Shown: positions 25,923 to 34,813 of the stretch, piece by piece
Position numbering within the stretch: position 1 is the first letter of the stretch
How the letters are laid out: every line of letters begins with the position of its first letter
From: Chloroflexota bacterium
GTDB taxonomy: Bacteria > Chloroflexota > Limnocylindria > Limnocylindrales > CSP1-4
Direction: 5' to 3'
Length of the DNA stretch: 64,000 nt
NCBI GenBank assembly: GCA_030447745.1
Contig: JAUJOH010000005.1
Coordinates: 84,337 to 148,336, forward strand
Notes under the pieces: generated by a model
The model's database searches: none
The model's input: only the letters and a program-made list of their open reading frames with translations
What the model was told of the DNA's origin: nothing
Made by a program: the position numbers and the translations under genes

Positions 25923-26359
25923 CGGTCGACGCCATCAGCGACCGCGCGGCGGCCGGGCCCGGCCGGTCGTCCCCGGCCGCCCTCCGTCCGGACTCTGACA
26001 CCGCCCTGGCCGCGCTTCGTTGCCGTGACGACATCCTGCAGGCCCTGTTCTGGCTCCGCGGCGAGGGGTTCGGCGACGATGCGGACGAGGCCGCGATCGC
26101 ACGCCTGGTGATCGTCGATTCGGCCGTCGTTCGCGCGCAGCTCGAGGCGCTCGTGGCCGAGGGCCTGCTCGAATCGGCGGGTTCGCGCTACCGGCTGACG
26201 GCCCGCGGCGCTCACGAGGGCGGTCGTCGCTTCGCCGACGACTTCGCTGACCTCCAGCTGACAGCCCACGGCGAGTGCCCGCCCGACTGCCCGCACTGCG
26301 AGGCGGTCGAGCGCGACGGCTGCTCGCATTGCCTGACCGGCCGAATCGACGAGCCGTGA
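25919..26359 (+). CDS. Hydrogenase-cluster protein: winged-helix-like region plus C-terminal Cys/His cluster
   Basis: 146 aa with an ATGA overlap upstream. Contains ILQALFWLRGEGFG, LVAEGLLESAGSRYRLTARG and HGECPPDCPHCEAVERDGCSHC. Paralogue at 29390-29857. Confidence 0.6.
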   Translation: MTVDAISDRAAAGPGRSSPAALRPDSDTALAALRCRDDILQALFWLRGEGFGDDADEAAIARLVIVDSAVVRAQLEALVAEGLLESAGSRYRLTARGAHEGGRRFADDFADLQLTAHGECPPDCPHCEAVERDGCSHCLTGRIDEP

Positions 26360-27396
26360 CCGCCGTCGGCCAGCCGCTTCCGGTCCTCGGCGCGGTACGC
26401 ACGCGAGCGCCGGCAGCCGCGCCACGGCCCGGGGAGTCGGCGCCGGCGGAGACGCATCCTGACCCCCATGGCCACGCTGACGCCGGAATGTCGCCGGGCG
26501 CCGGAGCACCGGGCGACGCCGTCATCGCGGAGTACGAGGCGCTCCAGCGGGCCGTGGCCGCGGGGCTCGAGCGGCTGGAGGGGCTGTCCACGCACCACGG
26601 GCGGGACGAGGCCTTCGCGCTGCTCGACGCCGTCGACGGCCTGCATCGCCACGCCCTCCAACGCCTCCTCGGCGTGCTCGACACCGTGGGTGGAGCCGGC
26701 CTCATCGGTCGCGTCGCGGGCGACCCGATCGTGCGCTCCCTGCTCGACCTGTACGACCTGCTGCCGGCCGACCCGCGGGCCGAGGTCGACGCCGCGCTTC
26801 GCGAGGCCCATCCGTACCTCGAGTCGCACGGGGGGCACCTCGAGGTCGTCGGGATCGACGACGGCCGAGTGAGGGTCCATCTGTCGGGCTCGTGCGAAAC
26901 CTGCCCCGGGTCGTCGGTCACGCTGCGGCGGGTCGTGGAGCGCGCCCTGCAGGAGCAGGTCCCCTGGTTCCGGGAGCTGCTCGTGGAGGATCCGCCGCCG
27001 CCCTTCACTCCCGAGACGCCGGCCGCCGAGGCCGATGCAGCGGCGCCCGGTCGCCGGCCGCTGCGACGCCCGCGCTGGGTCTCGGTTGCGCGTCTCGGGG
27101 AGCTGGCGCCCGAGGCGGTAAGGGTGGTCCGACCGGAGGGCGTGGCGCTCGTCCTCGTCGCCCACGGCGGCGAGATCCTCGCGTACGCCGACGGGTGTCC
27201 CCCCGCGACCCCGCTCACGCTGGCGCTCGCGACCCTCGACGGATCCGACCTGGTGTGCCCGTGGCACGGCTGTCGCTACGACGTGCGGACGGGCCGTCGC
27301 TCTACCGGTGACGGCCGCCTGGCGGTCTACCCTGTCGCCGTGCGCGGCGACGACGTGCTGATCGCTCTGGGCACCGAGGAGGTCCCGGTCGGATGA
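26356..27396 (+). CDS. NifU-like domain fused to a Rieske-type domain (resembles the HucE/HhyE-type putative Fe-S proteins of actinobacterial uptake hydrogenases)
   Basis: GTGA overlap at 26356 (alternative ATG at 26488). NifU C-terminal block HGGHLEVVGIDDGRVRVHLSGSCETCPGS. Rieske second box CPWHGCRYDVRTG. The first box is atypical. Confidence 0.7.
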   Translation: MTAVGQPLPVLGAVRTRAPAAAPRPGESAPAETHPDPHGHADAGMSPGAGAPGDAVIAEYEALQRAVAAGLERLEGLSTHHGRDEAFALLDAVDGLHRHALQRLLGVLDTVGGAGLIGRVAGDPIVRSLLDLYDLLPADPRAEVDAALREAHPYLESHGGHLEVVGIDDGRVRVHLSGSCETCPGSSVTLRRVVERALQEQVPWFRELLVEDPPPPFTPETPAAEADAAAPGRRPLRRPRWVSVARLGELAPEAVRVVRPEGVALVLVAHGGEILAYADGCPPATPLTLALATLDGSDLVCPWHGCRYDVRTGRRSTGDGRLAVYPVAVRGDDVLIALGTEEVPVG

Positions 27397-27917
27397 CGGT
27401 CCGAATTCTCGTCGCCGGCGTCGGGAACGACCTGCTGCGCGACGACGGGTTCGGCATCGTGGCGCTCCGTCGGCTGGCGGAGTGCGGCGTGCCGCCGGGC
27501 GTCGACCTCGTCGAATCGGGGATCGCCGGGATCGCCCTCGTCCAGGAGCTGGTCGCAGGCTACGACGCGCTGATCATCCTCGACGCGGCGGAGCTCGGAG
27601 CGGCGCCCGGAACCCGCCGCCTCTTGGCCGTCGAGGTCCCGGACCCGGCCGCGCTGGCCGAGGAAGATCGACGGGCGCTGCTGGCGGACATGCACCTCGC
27701 GGTCCCGTCGCTGGCGCTCATCCTCGCTTGCGCGCTCGACGCCCTGCCGCCCCGCGTGTTCATCCTCGGCTGTCAGCCGGGCGACACCGGGCTCGGCCTC
27801 GGCCTCACGCCACCGGTCGCCACCGCGGCGCAGGCAGCGGTCGAGCAGGTGCTCGACCTGGTCGGGTCGCTCGCGGCGTCGGGCCGGCCGGCCACGGCCG
27901 CCGAGGCGGTGGCCTGA
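27393..27917 (+). CDS. Hydrogenase maturation endopeptidase (HupD/HybD/HoxM family)
   Basis: 174 aa with an ATGA overlap. Contains VAGVGNDLLRDDGFG, LIILDAA and DMHLAVP. Confidence 0.85.
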   Translation: MTVRILVAGVGNDLLRDDGFGIVALRRLAECGVPPGVDLVESGIAGIALVQELVAGYDALIILDAAELGAAPGTRRLLAVEVPDPAALAEEDRRALLADMHLAVPSLALILACALDALPPRVFILGCQPGDTGLGLGLTPPVATAAQAAVEQVLDLVGSLAASGRPATAAEAVA

Positions 27918-27918
27918 C

Positions 27919-28152
27919 ATGTGCCGCGCGGAACCGCGCCGCGTCCTCGCGGTCGACGGCGGGCGCCTCCAGGTGCTGTTCGACGGCTCGCCGACGTGGG
28001 TCGGAGACGGCGGAATGGACGGGCTCGCGGAGGGTGACTACGTCGTGGTCTACGCCGGCCATGCGGTGGAGCGGATGGACGGCGACGAGGCCGAGGACAT
28101 CATCCGCTTCAACGACGAGCTCGAGGCAATGCTGGAGTCGGCCAGCAGGTGA
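27919..28152 (+). CDS. hypC: HypC/HupF-family hydrogenase assembly chaperone
   Basis: 77 aa starting MC.., with GDYVVVYAGHAV typical of HypC. Confidence 0.75.
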   Translation: MCRAEPRRVLAVDGGRLQVLFDGSPTWVGDGGMDGLAEGDYVVVYAGHAVERMDGDEAEDIIRFNDELEAMLESASR

Positions 28153-28898
28153 CGCTCGTTGCGCCGACCGGCCGGGCCTTCGCCGGTTCCCTTCGCTTCA
28201 TCCGCTACGGGTTCATGCCCAACCGCCTCCGGTACTGCGGCCCGGACGACAACCGGACGCTGTTCGAGTACGCCGTCGCGCGAACCGTGGATCCCGGCGT
28301 GATCCCGCTGCTCCGGCAGTTCAGCGGCGCGATGCCCTATCTCACGCTGATCGCCCGCGCCAACGGCATCGCCGACCCCTTCGACGAGCGCGTCGTCGAG
28401 GCGTACTGGATCGGGAACGACCTGCTCGACGCGGTCGAGGTCCGCCAGCTTTACGACCACCTGGCTGAGCGATTCGGGGGTCAGCTTCGTGGCCGCGCTC
28501 GCGACTGGGTCCTGAGCAAGGCACCGGCGGGCGCACTCCCGCACCACAGCTTCCACGTCCTGGACGTGTACCGCGTCGTCGGCGAGCGTGGTGACTCGCT
28601 CGAGACGATGGACAGCTGCCGGGTCAGTTGGGGCCGGGTCGCGGCGGTCGAGGGTCCCACGCTTCGCGTCGAGCGCCAGCCCGTCGCGCTCGTCGCGGGC
28701 AAGCTGTCGCTGATGCCGGCGGTCGACGTCCAGGTTGCCCGGCAGGTCGACGGGCGTGGTTTCGCGGACGCCGCCGATGTCGGGGACTGGGTGTCGATCC
28801 ACTGGGGATGGGCGTGCGAGCGGTTGCGGGACGACCAGCGCGCCGCCCTTGCGCGGTACACGGCGCACCACCTCGCGATCGCCAACCAGACGCTTTGA
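28149..28898 (+). CDS. Conserved hydrogenase-cluster protein of unknown function; the C-terminal ~75 aa look HypC-like
   Basis: 249 aa with a GTGA overlap on hypC. C-terminal region CRVSWGRVAAVEGPTLRVE...VGDWVSIHWGWA. I recall this family being labelled DUF6390 but cannot verify that here. Confidence 0.6.
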   Translation: MTLVAPTGRAFAGSLRFIRYGFMPNRLRYCGPDDNRTLFEYAVARTVDPGVIPLLRQFSGAMPYLTLIARANGIADPFDERVVEAYWIGNDLLDAVEVRQLYDHLAERFGGQLRGRARDWVLSKAPAGALPHHSFHVLDVYRVVGERGDSLETMDSCRVSWGRVAAVEGPTLRVERQPVALVAGKLSLMPAVDVQVARQVDGRGFADAADVGDWVSIHWGWACERLRDDQRAALARYTAHHLAIANQTL

Positions 28899-28909
28899 CC
28901 AGGCGGGGG

Positions 28910-29389
28910 TCAGGCGTCGAGCGGGTTGGCCTCCGACGGGAACCCGTCCTCCGGCAGGAGCACGTCACGCGCGGGGCGACGCCGCGGTTCCGACGGTCGC
29001 CCGGCGGACGCCGTCGCGTCGATCGCGGATCCTTCCTGCAGCACCTCGTAGCGCTCGAGGTAGGCCGACACGACGTTGCGCGTCTCGCTCAGCCCGGCCG
29101 CCGCTTCGTGGAGCGACTGCCGGCCGCCGGGCGTCAGCCGGTAGACGCGACGAGCCGGTCCGGCTCGCGAGGTCTCCCAGTGCGAGGCGACAAGTCGCTC
29201 GCGCTCCATCTGACGAAGGCCCGGTAGAGCCCGCCGGGATCGCTGACGAACAATCCGAGACGCGACAGCCGCTCGAGGAGGTCGTAGCCGTGACTCGGCT
29301 GCTCCCCGATCAGGAGCAGCAGGCAGAACCTCGGGAACTGCCGGGGCAGGGCGGCCGCGCTCTCGATTCCGCGACCGGCGTCCGATCGC
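28910..29389 (-). pseudogene. PadR-family transcriptional regulator with one apparent frameshift (~29220); start unresolved
   Basis: FCLLLLIGEQPSHGYDLLERLSRLGLFVSDPGGLYRA, then in another frame MERERLVASHWETSRAGPARRVYRLTPGG. One extra C in gggcc|tt restores ..YRALRQMERE... There is no canonical start between 29349 and 29389. The nearest in-frame ATG is at 29481, inside the upstream gene. Confidence 0.65.
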
Positions 29390-29857
29390 TCACGACAGCG
29401 TCGCTCGCGAGCGCCCGGCGAGGCACGCCTCCGCCTCGCGCCGGGAGGCGGCGCACCAGCAGGAGACGCCGCACGCACCATGAGCAGGTCTCGTCCAGTC
29501 CTCGAACTCCTCCGCGAAGATCCGGCCACCCTCGGCGCGACCCCGAATGGAGAGCCGGTAGGCAAACGCGGAACGCTCGAGATAGCCGTCGTCCACCAGC
29601 TCCTCGAGATGCGCGGCCGCAACCGCCGGAGCGACGCCCATGAACCGGACGAGCGTCGAGATGCCGACGAGCTCGCCGAAGCCCTCGCCCTCGATCCAGA
29701 AGGCGAGCTGAAGGATCTCGTCGCGCCAGAACAGGCGGCGCAGCTCCTCGCTGCGCGGCTCATCCACGTCGCTCACGGCAGGACCTCGAGCAGCAGCAGG
29801 GCCGGGTTGGTCGCCGGATCCCGCCCCGAGCGTACCGGGAGCCGCTGGCGCGGACAA
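29390..29857 (-). CDS. Paralogue of the 25919-26359 protein (winged-helix-like region plus Cys cluster)
   Basis: 155 aa. Contains ILQLAFWIEGEGFG, LVDDGYLERSAFAYRLSIRG and HGACGVSCWC. Divergent from the iron-type ABC operon, directly upstream of PadR. Confidence 0.6.
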   Translation of the reverse strand: MSAPAAPGTLGAGSGDQPGPAAARGPAVSDVDEPRSEELRRLFWRDEILQLAFWIEGEGFGELVGISTLVRFMGVAPAVAAAHLEELVDDGYLERSAFAYRLSIRGRAEGGRIFAEEFEDWTRPAHGACGVSCWCAASRREAEACLAGRSRATLS

Positions 29858-29870
29858 GGCGTCGGCACGG

Positions 29871-30938
29871 GTGCGACCGACGAGGGGACTGCGGCGCCCC
29901 GGTCCGGCCGCCCGAGGTCGAGCAGGGCCGGCGCGGACCGGTCCACGAGGCGCGTTGCCCGGTGGCTGGCCGCCGCCCTGGTCGTTGCGGTCGCGCTCGG
30001 CGCCTGCTCCGGCGCGGGTGTGCCGGGGGTTCGATCGGCTGCTCCCGCGACCACCATTCGCCTCTATACGACCGTCCAGGCGCCGACGGTGGATGCCGTC
30101 GTGGCGGCGCTGGCTCGGTCGAACCCGGAGATCGGCGTCGACGTCTTCCGGGCGCCGACCGGTGAGGTCGCGGCCCGCATCGCGGCCGAGGAGCGCGAGG
30201 GCGGCATCCGCGCCGACGTCCTGTGGCTGAGCGATCCGCTCTCGATGGAGTCGTACGCCTCCCGGGACCTGCTGCGCGCCTGGTCCCCATCCGGCGCCGC
30301 CGCCATCGACCCAGCATACGTCGCGGACACGTACTGGGGCACGCGGATCCTCAACATGGTCATCGTGACCGGAAGCGACGTCGAACCGCGACCGTCGTCG
30401 TGGGAGGACCTGACGAACGAGCGGTACCGGGACATGGTCGCCATCCCAGACCCGGCGTTCGCCGGATCCGCGTTCGGCGCGCTCGGCTACTTCGCCCTGG
30501 AGCCGGACTACGGGTTCGACTTCTTTCGGCGCCTGAAGGCCAACGGCGCCGTCCAGGTCAAGGCGCCGGACGAGGTGACGACGGGTGTCGCCGAGGGGCG
30601 GTTCAAGGCGGGCATGACGCTCGACTTCTCGGCCCGCCAGGCGGCCGGCAAGGGCTCGCCCGTGGAGCTCGTCTGGCCGGAGTCGGGGTCGATCGCGATC
30701 TTCAGCCCGATCGCCGTCGTCGCCGCCACCCAGCGCGCAGGGGCGGCCGAAGCCTTCGTCGAGCTGGTCCTGTCGCCCGAGGGCCAGGCCGCGATCACCG
30801 CCACGGGCTGGCAGCCGGTCCTCGAGGGCGCCGGCGGCCCTGGCACCCGAGGGTCGGCAGGTCCGCCCCGACTGGTCCGCGGCCGTCGGCCGGCAGGAGG
30901 AACTGCTTGCGGACTACCGCTCGATCTTCGGTCCCTGA
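29871..30938 (+). pseudogene. ABC transporter substrate-binding lipoprotein (iron(III)/FbpA-like PBP2 fold), frameshifted
   Basis: Lipobox AVALGAC, then IRLYTT...ADVLWLSDP...VAIPDPAFAGSA...AGMTLDF. The last 30 codons (PEGRQVRPDWSAAVGRQEELLADYRSIFGP) are in another frame (break ~30845). The only canonical start (GTG at 29871) is in a third frame, which implies another break near 29945. Confidence 0.65.
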
Positions 30939-30947
30939 GCAGGGCCC

Positions 30948-32570
30948 GTGACGGATCGGCGCGCGACCGCCGTCCTCGTCGCGGCGACAGCCGCCGTGGC
31001 CGCAGCGCTGATCGGGCTCCCGCTCGCCCGCCTGGCGCTCGTGGCCACGGACGGCGGACCGGTGGCCATCGTCGGCGCCCTCGGCGGACCCGCGGCCGTG
31101 ACGGCCGTCGTGAACACGCTCTGGACGTCCGGCCTGGTATCCGCGATCGCCGTCCTGGCGGGGACGGGCGCGGCGATCTTCACCGAGCGCGCCGCGGGGT
31201 CGCGACGGCATGCCCTCCGTGCCGCGGTCCTCGCCCCCCTCCTCCTGCCGCCGTTCGTGCTCGCCCAGGCGTGGGCGCGCGCGTGGGGGCCGCGCGGTCT
31301 GTCGGATCAGCTGCTCGGCGTCGACCTTCCTGGCTCTACGGTCCGGGCGGCGTCGTCGTCGTGCTCGCAGTCGCGGCCACGCCGCTCACCTATCTCGTGA
31401 TCGCAGCGGCGCTCGCCAGCCGGGTGGAGCCGGAGCTTGAGCTGGCCGCCCGGGCGAGCGGCGCCGGGCGCTGGACCGTGCTCGCCACGGTCACCCTGCC
31501 GCTCCTGCGGCGCGCGGTCCTCGCCGCGACGATTGTCGCCTTCGTGTTCGCCGCCAACGCGTTCGGCGTTCCCGCGGTGCTCGGGACGCCCGTCGGATCC
31601 TCACGATCACGACCCGTCTCTACCAGGACCTCGCCTTCTCGGCGGAGCCCTCGCCTTCGCTCGCGCGGCCGTCCTGGCGGCGGCGCTCGTGCTCCTCGCT
31701 TTGGTCGTCGTCGCCGCCGCGGATGCGCTGGGACACCGGGCGGGGGCGACTCGGTCCGGGCTGCCGTCGACGGGCCGCGTCGGCGCGCGGGGCGGCGGCG
31801 TCGGGGTTGCGTTGCTCGTCGGGGTCGTGACGCTCACCACCGTCGTCCCGTTCGTCGCGCTCCTGCTCACCGCGCTGACCCGGGCCGTCGGCCTGCCCCC
31901 CGTGCCGGAGCACTGGACGCTGGCGAACTTCGCGATGGCGGTCGATGGCCCGTTCGGCGAGGCGCTCGCCCGGACCGTCGTGCTGGGGACAGTGACGGCA
32001 TCGCTGGTCCTCGTCCTGGGCGCGGTTGCTGCGGTTGCGGCGCGCTCCCGCGCCCGGGCGCTCGGCACGGCGATCACGCTGGGGTTTGCTGTCCCGGGGT
32101 CCGCGCTCGCCGTGGCCGTCCTGCTGGCGTACGGGGGTCCACTCCGCGATACCCTGGCGCTCATCCTCGTCGCGTACCTTGCGAAGTTCTGGGCGCTCGG
32201 GCACCGCCAGCTCAGCGGTTCGCTCGACCGTCTGGCACCGGACCTCGTGCGGGCTGCGCGGGCGAGCGGGGCCGGCCCGGTCGACGCGCTCGCCACCGTC
32301 GTCGCGCCGATCCTTGCGCCGTCGGTCGTGGCCGCCTGGGCGATCGTGTTCGTCTTCGCGCTCCACGAGCTGACGATGTCGAGCCTCCTGTACGGGCCCG
32401 GCACCGCCACGCTGGCCGTCGTGGTCCTGGGCGTGCAGCAGCTCGGCGACCCGACGGTCAGCGCTGCGCTCTCGGTCCTCCTGACGGCGATCGTGGTGGC
32501 CGGGACGATCCCGCTGCTGCTGGTGCGGCGCGCCGCGGTCCGGCCCGGCCCTGTGACCCCGGCGGGATGA
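30948..32570 (+). pseudogene. Two-domain ABC permease (FbpB/ThiP-like) with at least 3 frameshifts
   Basis: Permease sequence can be followed across frames: ..LSDQLLGVDL | WLYGPGGVVVVLAVAATPLTYLV..ELAARASGAG..VLGTPVG | ILTITTRLYQDLAF | ALAFARAAVL...RAARASGAGP..LHELTMSSLLYGPG. Breaks at ~31328, ~31595 and ~31640. Confidence 0.75.
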
Positions 32571-33676
32571 CCGCCGGCGGCGAGCCCGACCCGGGGCGCG
32601 CGCCCGCGGTCGCGGTCGACGGGCTGACGGTGCGCTACGACGGCGCGCCGGTCGTCGATGGCGTCAGCCTGACGGTCGCTCACGGCCAGGTCGTTGCGCT
32701 GCTCGGGCCGTCGGGATCGGGCAAGACGACGCTGCTGTCGGCGATTGCCGGCTTCCTCGCGGTGGACGCGGGCGAGATCCGGATCGGCGGCGAACTCGTC
32801 GCGGGGGCGGGGGTGCACCGGCCGCCGGAGCGTCGGGCGTGCGGCGTCGTGTTCCAGAGCTATGCGCTCTGGCCGCATCTGCGCGTCGCCGAGATCGTCG
32901 CCTACCCGTTACGCCGCGCGGGCATCGGTCGCGACCAGGCCGCCGCCCGAGCGATGGAGCTGCTGGGGCGGCTCGGGATCGCGCACCTCGCCGCACGGCG
33001 GCCGACCGAGCTATCCGGCGGCGAGCAGCAGCGCGTCGCCCTCGGCCGGGCGCTCGCCCGGGACCCGCGTCTCTACCTGTTCGACGAGCCGACGGCGCAC
33101 CTCGACGCGCCGCTCCGTGCCCGGCTCCAGGCGGAGCTCGCCGAGCACCGCCGGAGGAGCGGTGCCGCGGCCCTCTACGCGACCCACGACACCGCCGAGG
33201 CGCTTGCGCTGGCCGACCGGGTCGCGCTCCTCCGCGCCGGCCGGATCGTGCAGGTCGGCACGCCGCAGGCCGTGTACGAACGCCCCGTCGATCGCCGGGC
33301 GGCGGAGCTGACTGGACCCGCGGCGGTCGTCGATCTCGCCGTCGTCGCCCCGGCCACCGACCGCTCGATCCTCGCGCTGGGCGGAGTCCGGGTCGACGTT
33401 GCGCTCGGAGGCGAACGGCCGCCGGCCGCCGGGCCAGTCCAGGTGCTCGTGCGGCCGGACTGGGTGTCGCTCGGCGGTCCGCTGCGCGGCCAGGTCGAGC
33501 TCGTCGCGTTTCGCGGTCCGCATACCGACGTCCACCTCGCGACCGCCGGGGGGACCATCGGAATCCGGATCCCCGGTCCACCGACCGTCGCGCCGGGCGC
33601 GTGGGTCGGCTGGTCGCTCGAGCGGGCGTGGCTCCTCCCCGCGGCGGGGCCGCCCAGCGCCGGCTCCGCCCGGTGA
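32567..33676 (+). CDS. ABC transporter ATP-binding protein with a C-terminal TOBE-like domain
   Basis: 369 aa. Walker A GPSGSGKTT, signature LSGGEQQRV, Walker B LYLFDEP. ATGA overlap with the permease. Confidence 0.9.
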   Translation: MTAGGEPDPGRAPAVAVDGLTVRYDGAPVVDGVSLTVAHGQVVALLGPSGSGKTTLLSAIAGFLAVDAGEIRIGGELVAGAGVHRPPERRACGVVFQSYALWPHLRVAEIVAYPLRRAGIGRDQAAARAMELLGRLGIAHLAARRPTELSGGEQQRVALGRALARDPRLYLFDEPTAHLDAPLRARLQAELAEHRRRSGAAALYATHDTAEALALADRVALLRAGRIVQVGTPQAVYERPVDRRAAELTGPAAVVDLAVVAPATDRSILALGGVRVDVALGGERPPAAGPVQVLVRPDWVSLGGPLRGQVELVAFRGPHTDVHLATAGGTIGIRIPGPPTVAPGAWVGWSLERAWLLPAAGPPSAGSAR

Positions 33677-33691
33677 TACGGGGTCTGTCCC

Positions 33692-34699
33692 CTACCGCCC
33701 GGCGGCCACGTCCGCGAGCGCCGGGATGATCTCCCGACCGTAGGCCTCGAGGACCTGCTCCTCGTCGCCGTTCATCAGGTAGATGTTGAACTGGTCGACC
33801 CCCGCGTCGGCGAGCTCGCGGAGCTTCGCCACGTGGTCCTCCACGGATCCGAGCACGCAGAACCGGTCGGTCACCTCGTCGCCGACGAACTCGGCATTCG
33901 AGGAGCCGACCTCGGCGTGATGCAGGTAGTCGTAGCCGGTGCGATCGCGGATGTAGCCCGTCAGCGACTCGGGCAGCTGGTCCCGCGGGTACCTGTTCAC
34001 CAGATCGACGACGTGGTTGCTGACCAGGGCCGGGAACCAGCGCGTGCGCTCGCGGCACGGCTCGAGGTCGCCGACGTGCGCCGGCGCCGCGGCCTGGACC
34101 TTGACCGTCCCCGCCGGCCGCCCGGCGGAGGCCTCGGCGTCGCGGACTTGGCCCACGAACCACCGGATCAGGTCCGGGTCGGCCAGCTGGAGGATCACCC
34201 CGTCGGCCACCCGCCCGGTCATCGCGAGCGCCATCGGTCCGTAGCCCGCCACCCAGACCGGCAGCGTCCAGCTCCCCGTCCACGGCAGGCTCAGGTCGGC
34301 GCCATCGTACGCCACCGTCCGGCCCTCGACGAGGCCCTTGATCGCGATGATCGCCTCCTCGAGCGTGGTGAGCGTCGTGGGCGGCTTGCCCAGCACCCGC
34401 CGCGCCGAGTCCCCGCGCCCGATGCCGAGGTCCATGCGGCCGCCGGACAGCTCGTCAAGCACGGCCAGGAGCGAAGCGGTGACGGACGGTTCCCTCGTGG
34501 CGGGGTTCGTCACGCAGGTGCCGAGGCGCATCCGCTCGGTCGCCTGCGCCATCAGCGTCAGCAGCGGGTACGGATCGCGCCAGAGCACGTGGGAGTCGAA
34601 CACCCAGCCGTAGTCGAACCCCGCCGCCTCGGCCCGGCGCGTCAGGTCGAGCGTCCGCTCGACCGTGTGGTCCGGCTTCAGCGTGAACCCGAACTGCAT
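33692..34699 (-). CDS. Luciferase-like monooxygenase (LLM) family oxidoreductase, F420/flavin-dependent type
   Basis: 335 aa from the ATG at 34699. LLM fold blocks (FGFTL, FDYGWVFDSH, LGTCVTNP, GRMDLGIGRGDS, VWVAGYGP). Confidence 0.8.
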   Translation of the reverse strand: MQFGFTLKPDHTVERTLDLTRRAEAAGFDYGWVFDSHVLWRDPYPLLTLMAQATERMRLGTCVTNPATREPSVTASLLAVLDELSGGRMDLGIGRGDSARRVLGKPPTTLTTLEEAIIAIKGLVEGRTVAYDGADLSLPWTGSWTLPVWVAGYGPMALAMTGRVADGVILQLADPDLIRWFVGQVRDAEASAGRPAGTVKVQAAAPAHVGDLEPCRERTRWFPALVSNHVVDLVNRYPRDQLPESLTGYIRDRTGYDYLHHAEVGSSNAEFVGDEVTDRFCVLGSVEDHVAKLRELADAGVDQFNIYLMNGDEEQVLEAYGREIIPALADVAAGR

Positions 34700-34813
34700 C
34701 CCGCGCGACCCCTCCCAGAGCGGACGAAGCAGAGAGGGTACACCGCCTCGCGGCCGTCGGGCCGCGCGGCGGCCAGGAAGGCGGCCGCGGTTCTCGGCGC
34801 TCGTCACGCGCGG

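Noticed and set aside
31300-31660. Programmed ribosomal frameshifting in the ABC permease or the aminotransferase
   Set aside because: No slippery heptamers or stimulatory structures are evident. The breaks resemble the homopolymer indels seen in unrelated genes across the window, and these families are not known to use recoding.
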